Source: the human T2T-CHM13v2.0 reference genome, Homo sapiens. From it: DNA of 64,000 nt. The translations under genes were made by a program, and so were the position numbers. Below the pieces are notes generated by a model that was not told where the DNA came from, ran no database searches, and worked only from the letters and a program-made list of their open reading frames with translations. This document shows positions 26,201 to 41,000 of this stretch, one piece after another. Position 1 is the stretch's first letter; the number at the start of each line of letters is the position of its first letter. The stretch lies in NCBI RefSeq assembly GCF_009914755.1, contig NC_060948.1; one strand, written 5' to 3'.

Positions 26201-29200
26201 TGAAAGGGCTCGAAAGGAATGGAGTCAAATGGAATGGTCTGGAATGGAATGAACACGAATGTAATGCAATCCAATAGAATGGAATCGAATGGCATGGAAT
26301 ATAAAGAAATGGAATCGAAGAGAATGGAAACAAATGGAATGGAATTGAATGGAATGGAATTGAATGGAATGGGAACGAATGGAGTGAAATTGTATGCAGT
26401 AGAAGGGAATAGAATGGAATGCAAGCGAAAGGAAAGGAATGGATTGGAATGGAATGGAATTCATTGGAATGGAAGGGAATGTAGTGTAATGGACAGGCCT
26501 GGAATAAAGTGGAATGCTACGGTCTCGAATGGAATAAAAATGTATGGAATGGAATGCAATGAAACGGAATCGAATGTCATAGAATGTAATGGAATGCAAA
26601 AAAATGGAATCCAAAATCATTGACTGGAAAGGCTGGGTGTCGAAAGGAATTGACTCCAATGGAATGGAATCGAATGGAATGGAAGTGAATAGAATCGAAC
26701 TAAATCGAATGGAATGGAATTGATAGGAACGGAATGGAAAGGAATGCAATGATTTGGCACGGAATGGAATCGAATGGCATCGAATGGAATGGAATGGAAT
26801 GCAATGGAATGGAATGCATTAGAATGTAATGAACTTTAATGGAATGTACTCGAATGGATTCGACTGGAATGGAATGTTCTGGAAGTGAATGGACTCCAAT
26901 GGAATGGATTCCAAAGGAATGGAATCGTACGGAATGGAATCTAATGGAATGGAATTAAATGGAAATGAATCAAATTGAATAGCACGGAATTGAATTGAAT
27001 GGAATGGAATGCAATGGAATCTAATGAAACGGAAAGGAAAGGAATGGAATGGAATGGAATGGGCTGGAATGGAAAGGAATCGAAACGAATGGAATGGAAT
27101 CGAACTGAAGAGACTGGAATGGAATGCACTGGAATGGAAGGGAGTGTAATGGAAGGTTCTCGAAAAAAATGGAATCGAATGGAATGGAATTGAATGGAAC
27201 GGAATAGAGTCGAATGGAATTGAATGGAATGGAATGGACTAGAGTGAAATGGAATCGAACCACAAGGAATGGACAGGAATAGAATGGTCTCGAATTGAAT
27301 GGAATCGTATGGAATGGCATCAAACGGAATGGAATGGACAGCCACGGAATGGAATGCACTCGAATGCAATGGAGTCGAAACTAATGGACTGGAATAGAAT
27401 GGACTCGACTGGTACGGACTCCAATGGAATGGAATCGAATGGAAGGGAATCGAACGGAATGGACTCGAAGGGAAAAGACTGCAATGGAAAGGTCTCGAAT
27501 GGAATGGAAATTAATGGAATGGAATGGAATCGAATGAAATGGAGTCAAAAGGAATGGAATCGAATGGCAAGAAATCGAATGTAATGGAATCGCAAGGAAT
27601 TGATGTGAGCGGAACGGAATGGAATGGAATCCAAAGGAATGGAATAGAATGGAATGGAATCGAATGGAAAGGACTTGAATGGAAATCACTCGAATAGAAT
27701 GCAATTTAATAAAATAGGATCAAATGTAATGGAATGGAATGGAAAGGAATCGAAACGAAAGGAATGGAGACAGATGGAATGGAATGGAACAGAGAGCAAT
27801 GGTATAGAATGGAATGGAATCATCTGGAATGGAATTGAATGGAATGGAATAATATGAAATGGAATGGAATGGAATGGAATGGAATGCCCTTGAATTAAAT
27901 GGACTGGAATGGAATGGACTCGAACAGAGTGGAATGGAAAGTGTTGAGATAGAATGGAATGGACTCCTTTGGAATGGTGTAGTATGCAATGCAATCGACT
28001 GGCAGGGAATCAAAAGGAATGTAATGGAAGGGATTGGACTGGAATGCAATGGACTCGAATAGATTGGAAACGGAATGCAAAGGAATGGAATGGAATAGTA
28101 TGGAATGGAATGGAAAGGAATGGAGTGGAATAGACTAGAGTGGAATGGAATGGACTGGAAAGCAATGGACTGGAATGGAACTTTCTTGAATGGACTGGAA
28201 TCAAACGGAATGGAATGCAATGCAATCAAATGGCATGGAATAAAATAGAATGAAAGAGAATCAAATGGAATTGAATCGAATGGAATCGAATGGATTGGAA
28301 AGGAATAGAATGGAATGGAATGGAATGGACTAGAATGGAATGGATTCGAATGGAAGGCAAAGGAATGGAATCTATTGGAATGGACTGTAATGGAATGGAA
28401 TGGAAGGGATTGGAATGGATTCGAATGGAATGGACTGCAATAGAAAGGATTCGAATGGAATGAAAAAGAATTGAATGGAATAGAACAGAATGGAATCAAA
28501 TCGAATGAAATGGAATGGAATAGAAAGGAATGGAATGAAATGGAATGGAAAGGATTCGAATGGAATGCAATCGAATGGAATGGAATCGAACGGAATGGAA
28601 TAAAATGGAAGAAAACTGGCAAGAAATGGAATCGAAATGAATGGAGTGTTATGGAACGGACTCAAAAGGAATTGAATGTAATAGAATGGAGTGGAGTGGA
28701 CTCGAATATAATGGACTGGAATGGAATGAAATCACATGGAATGGGAACGAATGGAATGGAATGGAAAGGAATGGAATCGAATGGAAAGGAATCGAATGGA
28801 AGGGAATGAAATTGAATCAACAGGAATGGAAGGGAATAGAATAGACGGTAATGGAATGGACTCGAATAGAATGGACACGAATGCTCAAATTGAATGGACT
28901 CCAATGGAATGGAAACGAAAGGAATGTCATCGAATAGAATTGAATCGACTGGAATGAAATCGCAAGAATGGAGTGGAATCAAATGGAATTGAATCGAAAG
29001 GAAAGGAAGCGAATGGACTGAAATGAAATGGAATGGAATTGAATGGAAAGTAATGCAATGGAATAGAATGGAACGAAATTTCACGGAATGGAATCAAACT
29101 GAAAGGAATCAAATCAATGGAATCTAATCAAATGGAATGGAAGGGAATTGAATGGAGTAGATTGGATTGGATGGGATTGGAGTGAAATGTACTGGAAAGG

Positions 29201-32200
29201 ACTCGAATTTCATGAAACGGAATGGAATGAATTGGAACGGAATGGACTCGAATGGAATGGAATGTCATGGAATGGCATCAAATGGAATGGCATCAAATGG
29301 AATGGAATCGAATGCAATGGAATGCTATGGAATGGAATGGAATGCATTGGAATGGAATGTCCTCTAATGGAATGGATTCGAGTGGAATGGAATCGAATAT
29401 AATGGAGTCGAATGAAATGGAATTGAAAGGAATGGGATCGAATACAATGGAATATGCTGGAATGTAATGTAATGAACTCGAATGTAATTGACTGGAATGG
29501 AATGTACATGAATGGAATGTAATCGAATGGAAAGTAATCCAATGGAATAGAATCTAATGCAATAAAATCGACTCAGATAGAGTAGAATGTAATGGAATGG
29601 AGTGCAGTACAATGGAATGGAATGGAATGCAATGGAATGGAATGGAATGGAATGGAATGGAATGGGATGGAATGGGATGGAATGGTATGGAGTGGATAGT
29701 AATGGACTGGAGTGAAATGGACTGGAAAGGAATGGACTCAAATTGAAAGGGCTCGAAAGGAATGGAGTGAAATGGAATGGTCTGGAATGGAATGAACACG
29801 AATGTAATGCAATCCAATAGAATGGAATCGAATGGCATGGAATATAAAGAAATGGAATCGAAGAGAATGGAAACAAATGGAATGGAATTGAATGGAATGG
29901 AATTGAATGGGATGGGAACGAATGGAGTGAAATTGTATGCAGTAGAAGGGAATAGAATGGAATGCAAGCGAAAGGAAAGGAATGGATTGGAATGGAATGG
30001 AATTCATTGGAATGGAAGGGAATGTAGTGTAATGGACAGGCCTGGAATAAAGTGGAATGCTACGGTCTCGAATGGAATAAAAATGTATGGAATGGAATGC
30101 AATGAAACGGAATCGAATGTCATAGAATGTAATGGAATGCAAAAAAATGGAATCCAAAATCATTGACTGGAAAGGCTGGGTGTCGAAAGGAATTTACTCC
30201 AATGATATGGAATCGAATGGAATGGAAGTGAATAGAATCGAACTAAATCGAATGGAATGGAATTGATAGGAACGGAATGGAAAGGAATGCAATGAATTGG
30301 CATGGAATGGAATCGAATGGCATCGAATGGAATGGAATGGAATGCAATGGAATGGAATGTATTAGAATGTAATGAACTTTAATGGAATGTACTCGAATGG
30401 ATTCGACTGGAATGGAATGTTCTGGAAGTGAATGGACTCCAATGGAATGGATTCAAAAGGAATGGAATCGTACGGAATGGAATCTAATGGAATGGAATTA
30501 AATGGAAATGAATCAAATTGAATAGCACGGAATTGAATTGAATGGAATGGAATGCAATGGAATCTAATGAAACGGAAAGGAAAGGAATGGAATGGAATGG
30601 AATGGGCTGGAATGGAAAGGAATCGAAACGAATGGAATGGAATCGAACTGAAGAGACTGGAATGGAATGCACTGGAATGGAAGGGAGTGTAATGGAAGGT
30701 TCTCGAAAAAAATGGAATCGAATGGAATGGAATTGAATGGAACGGAATAGAGTCGAATGGAATTGAATGGAATGGAATGGACTAGAGTGAAATGGAATCG
30801 AACCACAAGGAATGGACAGGAATAGAATGGTCTCGAATTGAATGGAATCGTATGGAATGGCATCAAACGGAATGGAATGGACAGCCACGGAATGGAATGC
30901 ACTCGAATGCAATGGAGTCGAAACTAATGGACTGGAATAGAATGGACTCGACTGGTACGGACTCCAATGGAATGGAATCGAATGGAAGGGAATCGAACGG
31001 AATGGACTCGAAGGGAAAAGACTGCAATGGAAAGGTCTCGAATGGAATGGAAATTAATGGAATGGAATGGAATCGAATGAAATGGAGTCAAAAGGAATGG
31101 AATCGAATGGCAAGAAATCGAATGTAATGGAATCGCAAGGAATTGATGTGAATGGAGCGGAATGGAATGGAATCCAAAGGAATGGAATCGAATGGAAAGG
31201 ACTCGAATGGAAATCACTCGAATAGAATGCAATTTAATAAAATAGGATCAAATGTAATGGAATGGAATGGAAAGGAATCGAAACGAAAGGAATGGAGACA
31301 GATGGAATGGAATGGAACAGAGAGCAATGGTATAGAATGGAATGGAATCATCTGGAATGGAATTGAATGGAATGGAATAATATGAAATGGAATGGAATGG
31401 AATGGAATGGAATGCCCTTGAATTAAATGGACTGGAATGGAATGGACTCGAACAGAGTGGAATGGAAAGTGTTGAGATAGAATGGAATGGACTCCTTTGG
31501 AATGGTGTAGTATGCAATGCAATCGACTGGCAGGGAATAAAAAGAAATGTAATGGAATGGATTGGACTGGAATGCAATGGACTCGAATAGATTGGAAACG
31601 GAATGCAAAGGAATGGAATGGAATAGTATGGAATGGAATGGAAAGGAATGGAGTGGAATAGACTAGAGTGGAATGGAATGGACTGGAAAGCAATGGACTG
31701 GAATGGAACTTTCTTGAATGGACTGGAATCAAACGGAATGGAATGCAATGCAATCAAATGGCATGGAATAAAATAGAATGAAAGAGAATCAAATGGAATT
31801 GAATCGAATGGAATCGAATGGATTGGAAAGGAATAGAATGGAATGGAATGGAATTGACTCGAATGGAATGGACTAGAATGGAATGGATTCGAATGGAAGG
31901 CAAAGGAATGGAATCTATTGGAATGGACTGTAATGGAATGGAATGGAAAGGATTGGAATGGACTCGAATGGAATGGACTGCAATAGAAAGGATTCGAATG
32001 GAATGAAAAAGAATTGAATGGAATAGAACAGAATGGAATCAAATCGAATGAAATGAAATGGAATAGAAAGGAATGGAATGAAATGGAATGGAAAGGATTC
32101 GAATGGAATGCAATCGAATGGAATGGAATCGAACGGAATGGAATAAAATGGAAGAAAACTGGCAAGAAATGGAATCGAAATGAATGGAGTGTTATGGAAC

Positions 32201-35200
32201 GGACTCAAAAGGAATTGAATGTAATAGAATGGAGTGGAGTGGACTCGAATATAATGGAATGGAATGGAATGAAATCACAAGGAATGGGAACGAATGGAAT
32301 GGAATGGAAAGGAATGGAATCGAATGGAAAGGAATCGAATGGAAGGGAATGAAATTGAATCAACAGGAATGGAAGGGAATAGAATAGACGGTAATGGAAT
32401 GGACTCGAATAGAATGGACACGAATGCTCAAATTGAATGGACTCGAATGGAATGGAAACGAAAGGAATGTCATCGAATGGAATTGAATGGATTGGAATGA
32501 AATCGCATAGAATGGAGTGGAATCAAATGGAATTGAATCGAAAGGAAAGGAAGCGAATGGACTGAAATGAAATGGAATGGAATTGAATGGAAAGTAATGC
32601 AATGGAATAGAATGGAACGAAATTTCACGGAATGGAATCAAACTGAATGGAATCAAATCAATGGAATCAAATCAAATGGAATGGAAAGGAATTGAATGGA
32701 GTAGATTGGATTGGATGGGATTGGAATGAAATGTACTGGAAAGGACTCGAATTTCATGAAACGGAATGGAATGAATTGGAACGGAATGGACTCGAATGGA
32801 ATGGAATGTCATGGAATGGCATCAAATGGAATGGCATCAAATGGAATGGAATCGAATGCAATGGAATGCTATGGAATGGAATGGAATGCATTGGAATGGA
32901 ATGTCCTCTAATGGAATGGATTCGAGTGGAATGGAATCGAATATAATGGAGTCGAATGAAATGGAATTGAAAGGAGTGGGATCGAATACAATGGAATATA
33001 CTGGAATGTAATGTAATGAACTCGAATGTAATTGACTGGAATGGAATGTACATGAATGGAATGTAATCGAATGGAAAGTAATCCAATGGAATAGAATCTA
33101 ATGCAATAAAACCGACTCAGATAGAGTAGAATGTAATGGAATGGAGTGCAGTGCAATGGAATGGAATGGAATGGAAGGCAATGGAATGGAATGGAATGGA
33201 ATGGAATGGAATGGAATGGAATGGAATGGGATGGAATGGGATGGAATGGATAGTAATGGACTGGAGTGAAATGGACTGGAAAGGAATGGACTCAAATTGA
33301 AAGGGCTCGAAAGGAATGGAGTCAAATGGAATGGTCTGGAATGGAATGAACACGAATGTAATGCAATCCAATAGAATGGAATCGAATGGCATGGAATATA
33401 AAGAAATGGAATCGAAGAGAATGGAAACAAATGGAATGGAATTGAATGGAATGGAATTGAATGGAATGGGAACGAATGGAGTGAAATTGTATGCAGTAGA
33501 AGGGAATAGAATGGAATGCAAGCGAAAGGAAAGGAATGGATTGGAATGGAATGGAATTCATTGGAATGGAAGGGAATGTAGTGTAATGGACAGGCCTGGA
33601 ATAAAGTGGAATGCTACGGTCTCGAATGGAATAAAAATGTATGGAATGGAATGCAATGAAACGGAATCGAATGTCATAGAATGTAATGGAATGCAAAAAA
33701 ATGGAATGCAAAATCATTGACTGGAAAGGCTGGGTGTCGAAAGGAATTGACTCCAATGGAATGGAATCGAATGGAATGGAAGTGAATAGAATCGAACTAA
33801 ATCGAATGGAATGGAATTGATAGGAACGGAATGGAAAGGAATGCAATGATTTGGCATGGAATGGAATCGAATGGCATCGAATGGAATGGAATGGAATGCA
33901 ATGGAATGGAATGTATTAGAATGTAATGAACTTTAATGGAATGTACTCGAATGGATTCGACTGGAATGGAATGTTCTGGAAGTGAATGGACTCCAATGGA
34001 ATGGATTCAAAAGGAATGGAATCGTACGGAATGGAATCTAATGGAATGGAATTAAATGGAAATGAATCAAATTGAATAGCACGGAATTGAATTGAATGGA
34101 ATGGAATGCAATGGAATCTAATGAAACGGAAAGGAAAGGAATGGAATGGAATGGAAAGGGCTGGAATGGAAAGGAATCGAAACGAATGGAATGGAATCGA
34201 ACTGAAGAGACTGGAATGGAATGCACTGGAATGGAAGGGAGTGTAATGGAAGGTTCTCGAAAAAAATGGAATCGAATGGAATGGAATTGAATGGAACGGA
34301 ATAGAGTCGAATGGAATTGAATGGAATGGAATGGACTAGAGTGAAATGGAATCGAACCACAAGGAATGGACAGGAATAGAATGGTCTCGAATTGAATGGA
34401 ATCGTATGGAATGGCATCAAACGGAATGGAATGGACAGCCACGGAATGGAATGCACTCGAATGCAATGGAGTCGAAACTAATGGACTGGAATAGAATGGA
34501 CTCGACTGGTACGGACTCCAATGGAATGGAATCGAATGGAAGGGAATCGAACGGAATGGACTCGAAGGGAAAAGACTGCAATGGAAAGGTCTCGAATGGA
34601 ATGGAAATTAATGGAATGGAATGGAATCGAATGAAATGGAGTCAAAAGGAATGGAATCGAATGGCAAGAAATCGAATGTAATGGAATCGCAAGGAATTGA
34701 TGTGAACGGAACGGAATGGAATGGAATCCAAAGGAATGGAATAGAATGGAATGGAATCGAATGGAAAGGACTCGAATGGAAATCACTCGAATAGAATGCA
34801 ATTTAATAAAATAGGATCAAATGTAATGGAATGGAATGGAAAGGAATCGAAACGAAAGGAATGGAGACAGATGGAATGGAATGGAACAGAGAGCAATGGT
34901 ATAGAATGGAATGGAATCATCTGGAATGGAATTGAATGGAATGGAATAATATGAAATGGAATGGAATGGAATGGAATGGAATGCCCTTGAATTAAATGGA
35001 CTGGAATGGAATGGACTCGAACAGAGTGGAATGGAAAGTGTTGAGATAGAATGGAATGGACTCCTTTGGAATGGTGTAGTATGCAATGCAATCGACTGGC
35101 AGGGAATCAAAAGGAATGTAATGGAATGGATTGGACTGGAATGCAATGGACTCGAATAGATTGGAAACGGAATGCAAAGGAATGGAATGGAATAGTATGG

Positions 35201-35582
35201 AATGGAATGGAAAGGAATGGAGTGGAATAGACTAGAGTGGAATGGAATGGACTGGAAAGCAATGGACTGGAATGGAACTTTCTTGAATGGACTGGAATCA
35301 AACGGAATGGAATGCAATGCAATCAAATGGCATGGAATAAAATAGAATGAAAGAGAATCAAATGGAATTGAATCGAATGGAATCGAATGGATTGGAAAGG
35401 AATAGAATGGAATGGAATGGAATTGACTCAAATGGAATGGACTAGAATGGAATGGATTCGAATGGAAGGCAAAGGAATGGAATCTATTGGAATGGACTGT
35501 AATGGAATGGAATGGAAGGGATTGGAATGGACTCGAATGGAATGGACTGCAATAGAAAGGATTCGAATGGAATGAAAAAGAA
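14251..35582 (+). repeat. Three-unit (~10.65 kb) higher-order tandem duplication (approx. 14.3-24.9 kb and 24.9-35.6 kb)
   Basis: Rare variants recur as pairs 10.65-10.67 kb apart: GATTTGGCAC (~16080/26751), GATGTGAGCGG (~16931/27602), GGACTTGAAT (~17000/27671), GTAATGGAAGGGATT (~17350/28021), and GTGAATGGAGCGG plus a 15-bp deletion (~20502/31148). Boundaries are approximate. Confidence 0.85.
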
Positions 35583-38029
35583 TTGAATGGAATAGAACAG
35601 AATGGAATCAAATCGAATGAAATGGAATGGAATAGAAAGGAATGGAATGAAATGGAATGGAAAGGATTCGAATGGAATGCAATCGAATGGAATGGAATCG
35701 AACGGAATGGAATAAAATGGAAGAAAACTGGCAAGAAATGGAATCGAAATGAATGGAGTGTTATGGAACGGACTCAAAAGGAATTGAATGTAATAGAATG
35801 GAGTGGAGTGGACTCGAATATAATGGACTGGAATGGAATGAAATCACAAGGAATGGGAACGAATGGAATGGAATGGAAAGGAATGGAATCGAATGGAAAG
35901 GAATCGAATGGAAGGGAATGAAATTGAATCAACAGGAATGGAAGGGAATAGAATAGACGGTAATGGAATGGACTCGAATAGAATGGACACGAATGCTCAA
36001 ATTGAATGGACTCGAATGGAATGGAAACGAAAGGAATGTCATCGAATGGAATTGAATGGATTGGAATGAAATCGCATAGAATGGATTGGAATCAAATGGA
36101 ATTGAATCGAAAGGAAAGGAAGCGAATGGTCTGAAATGAAATGGAATGGAATTGAATGGAAAGTAATGCAATGGAATAGAATGGAACGAAATTTCACGGA
36201 ATGGAATCAAACTGAATGGAATCAAATCAATGGAATCAAATCAAATGGAATGGAAAGGAATTGAATGGAGTAGATTGGATTGGATGGGATTGGAATGAAA
36301 TGTACTGGAAAGGACTCGAATTTCATGAAACGGAATGGAATGAATTGGAACGGAATGGACTCGAATGGAATGGAATGTCATGGAATGGCATCAAATGGAA
36401 TGGCATCAAATGGAATGGAATCGAATGCAATGGAATGCTATGGAATGGAATGGAATGCATTGGAATGGAATGTCCTCTAATGGAATGGATTCGAGTGGAA
36501 TGGAATCGAATATAATGGAGTCGAATGAAATGGAATTGAAAGGAGTGGGATCGAATACAATGGAATATACTGGAATGTAATGTAATGAACTCGAATGTAA
36601 TTGACTGGAATGGAATGTACATGAATGGAATGTAATCGAATGGAAAGTAATCCAATGGAATAGAATCTAATGCAATAAAACCGACTCAGATAGAGTAGAA
36701 TGTAATGGAATGGAGTGCAGTGCAATGGAATGGAATGGAATGGAATGCAATGGAATGGAATGGAATGGAATGGAATGGAATGGAATGGGATGGAATGGGA
36801 TGGAATGGATAGTAATGGACTGGAGTGAAATGGACTGGAAAGGAATGGACTCAAATTGAAAGGGCTCGAAAGGAATGGAGTCAAATGGAATGGTCTGGAA
36901 TGGAATGAACACGAATGTAATGCAATCCAATAGAATGGAATCGAATGGCATGGAATATAAAGAAATGGAATCGAAGAGAATGGAAACAAATGGAATGGAA
37001 TTGAATGGAATGGAATTGAATGGAATGCGAACGAATGGAGTGAAATTGTATGCAGTAGAAGGGAATAGAATGGAATGCAAGCGAAAGGAAAGGAATGGAT
37101 TGGAATGGAATGGAATTCATTGGAATGGAAGGGAATGTAGTGTAATGGACAGGCCTGGAATAAAGTGGAATGCTACGGTCTCGAATGGAATAAAAATGTA
37201 TGGAATGGAATGCAATGAAACGGAATCGAATGTCATAGAATGTAATGGAATGCAAAAAAATGGAATCCAAAATCATTGACTGGAAAGGCTGGGTGTCGAA
37301 AGGAATTGACTCCAATGGTATGGAATCGAATGGAATGGAAGTGAATAGAATCGAACTAAATCGAATGGAATGGAATTGATAGGAACGGAATGGAAAGGAA
37401 TGCAATGAATTGGCATGGAATGGAATCGAATGGCATCGAATGGAATGGAATGGAATGCAATGGAATGGAATGTATTAGAATGTAATGAACTTTAATGGAA
37501 TGTACTCGAATGGATTCGACTGGAATGGAATGTTCTGGAAGTGAATGGACTCCAATGGAATGGATTCAAAAGGAATGGAATCGTACGGAATGGAATCTAA
37601 TGGAATGGAATTAAATGGAAATGAATCAAATTGAATAGCACGGAATTGAATTGAATGGAATGGAATGCAATGGAATCTAATGAAACGGAAAGGAAAGGAA
37701 TGGAATGGAATGGAATGGGCTGGAATGGAAAGGAATCGAAACGAATGGAATGGAATCGAACTGAAGAGACTGGAATGGAATGCACTGGAATGGAAGGGAG
37801 TGTAATGGAAGGTTCTCGAAAAAAATGGAATCGAATGGAATGGAATTGAATGGAACGGAATAGAGTCGAATGGAATTGAATGGAATGGAATGGACTAGAG
37901 TGAAATGGAATCGAACCACAAGGAATGGACAGGAATAGAATGGTCTCGAATTGAATGGAATCGTATGGAATGGCATCAAACGGAATGGAATGGACAGCCA
38001 CGGAATGGAATGCACTCGAATGCAATGGA

Positions 38030-38045
38030 GTCGAAACGTCGAAAC
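38030..38045 (+). repeat. Private 8-bp tandem duplication GTCGAAAC-GTCGAAAC
   Basis: Other units read GGAGTCGAAACTAATGG; this one reads GGAGTCGAAACGTCGAAACTAATGG. The EcoRI interval is 3577 bp. Confidence 0.95.
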
Positions 38046-41000
38046 TAATGGACTGGAATAGAATGGACTCGACTGGTACGGACTCCAATGGAATGGAATC
38101 GAATGGAAGGGAATCGAACGGAATGGACTCGAAGGGAAAAGACTGCAATGGAAAGGTCTCGAATGGAATGGAAATTAATGGAATGGAATGGAATCGAATG
38201 AAATGGAGTCAAAAGGAATGGAATCGAATGGCAAGAAATCGAATGTAATGGAATCGCAAGGAATTGATGTGAACGGAACGGAATGGAATGGAATCCAAAG
38301 GAATGGAATAGAATGGAATGGAATCGAATGGAAAGGACTCGAATGGAAATCACTCGAATAGAATGCAATTTAATAAAATAGGATCAAATGTAATGGAATG
38401 GAATGGAAAGGAATCGAAACGAAAGGAATGGAGACAGATGGAATGGAATGGAACAGAGAGCAATGGTATAGAATGGAATGGAATCATCTGGAATGGAATT
38501 GAATGGAATGGAATAATATGAAATGGAATGGAATGGAATGGAATGGAATGTCCTTGAATTAAATGGACTGGAATGGAATGGACTCGAACAGAGTGGAATG
38601 GAAAGTGTTGAGATAGAATGCAATGGACTCCTTTGGAATGGTGTAGTATGCAATGCAATCGACTGGCAGGGAATCAAAAGGAATGTAATGGAATGGATTG
38701 GACTGGAATGCAATGGACTCGAATAGATTGGAAACGGAATGCAAAGGAATGGAATGGAATAGTATGGAATGGAATGGAAAGGAATGGAGTGGAATAGACT
38801 AGAGTGGAATGGAATGGACTGGAAAGCAATGGACTGGAATGGAACTTTCTTGAATGGACTGGAATCAAACGGAATGGAATGCAATGCAATCAAATGGCAT
38901 GGAATAAAATAGAATGAAAGAGAATCAAATGGAATTGAATCGAATGGAATCGAATGGATTGGAAAGGAATAGAATGGAATGGAATGGAATTGACTCAAAT
39001 GGAATGGACTAGAATGGAATGGATTCGAATGGAAGGCAAAGGAATGGAATCTATTGGAATGGACTGTAATGGAATGGAATGGAAGGGATTGGAATGGACT
39101 CGAATGGAATGGACTGCAATAGAAAGGATTCGAATGGAATGAAAAAGAATTGAATGGAATAGAACAGAATGGAATCAAATCGAATGAAATGGAATGGAAT
39201 AGAAAGGAATGGAATGAAATGGAATGGAAAGGATTCGAATGGAATGCAATCGAATGGAATGGAATCGAACGGAATGGAATAAAATGGAAGAAAACTGGCA
39301 AGAAATGGAATCGAAATGAATGGAGTGTTATGGAACGGACTCAAAAGGAATTGAATGTAATAGAATGGAGTGGAGTGGACTCGAATATAATGGACTGGAA
39401 TGGAATGAAATCACAAGGAATGGGAACGAATGGAATGGAATGGAAAGGAATGGAATCGAATGGAAAGGAATCGAATGGAAGGGAATGAAATTGAATCAAC
39501 AGGAATGGAAGGGAATAGAATAGACGGTAATGGAATGGACTCGAATAGAATGGACACGAATGCTCAAATTGAATGGACTCGAATGGAATGGAAACGAAAG
39601 GAATGTCATCGAATGGAATTGAATGGATTGGAATGAAATCGCATAGAATGGAGTGGAATCAAATGGAATTGAATCGAAAGGAAAGGAAGCGAATGGACTG
39701 AAATGAAATGGAATGGAATTGAATGGAAAGTAATGCAATGGAATAGAATGGAACGAAATTTCACGGAATGGAATCAAACTGAATGGAATCAAATCAATGG
39801 AATCAAATCAAATGGAATGGAAAGGAATTGAATGGAGTAGATTGGATTGGATGGGATTGGAATGAAATGTACTGGAAAGGACTCGAATTTCATGAAACGG
39901 AATGGAATGAATTGGAACGGAATGGACTCGAATGGAATGGAATGTCATGGAATGGCATCAAATGGAATGGCATCAAATGGAATGGAATCGAATGCAATGG
40001 AATGCTATGGAATGGAATGGAATGCATTGGAATGGAATGTCCTCTAATGGAATGGATTCGAGTGGAATGGAATCGAATATAATGGAGTCGAATGAAATGG
40101 AATTGAAAGGAGTGGGATCGAATACAATGGAATATACTGGAATGTAATGTAATGAACTCGAATGTAATTGACTGGAATGGAATGTACATGAATGGAATGT
40201 AATCGAATGGAAAGTAATCCAATGGAATAGAATCTAATGCAATAAAACCGACTCAGATAGAGTAGAATGTAATGGAATGGAGTGCAGTGCAATGGAATGG
40301 AATGGAATGGAATGCAATGGAATGGAATGGAATGGAATGGAATGGAATGGAATGGAATGGAATGGGATGGAATGGGATGGAATGGATAGTAATGGACTGG
40401 AGTGAAATGGACTGGAAAGGAATGGACTCAAATTGAAAGGGCTCGAAAGGAATGGAGTCAAATGGAATGGTCTGGAATGGAATGAACACGAATGTAATGC
40501 AATCCAATAGAATGGAATCGAATGGCATGGAATATAAAGAAATGGAATCGAAGAGAATGGAAACAAATGGAATGGAATTGAATGGAATGGAATTGAATGG
40601 AATGGGAACGAATGGAGTGAAATTGTATGCAGTAGAAGGGAATAGAATGGAATGCAAGCGAAAGGAAAGGAATGGATTGGAATGGAATGGAATTCATTGG
40701 AATGGAAGGGAATGTAGTGTAATGGACAGGCCTGGAATAAAGTGGAATGCTACGGTCTCGAATGGAATAAAAATGTATGGAATGGAATGCAATGAAACGG
40801 AATCGAATGTCATAGAATGTAATGGAATGCAAAAAAATGGAATCCAAAATCATTGACTGGAAAGGCTGGGTGTCGAAAGGAATTGACTCCAATGGAATGG
40901 AATCGAATGGAATGGAAGTGAATAGAATCGAACTAAATCGAATGGAATGGAATTGATAGGAACGGAATGGAAAGGAATGCAATGATTTGGCATGGAATGG

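Noticed and set aside
38030-38045. 8-bp direct repeat as the target-site duplication of a mobile element
   Set aside because: No element, terminal inverted repeat or poly(A) tail lies between the copies. It is kept only as a small duplication.
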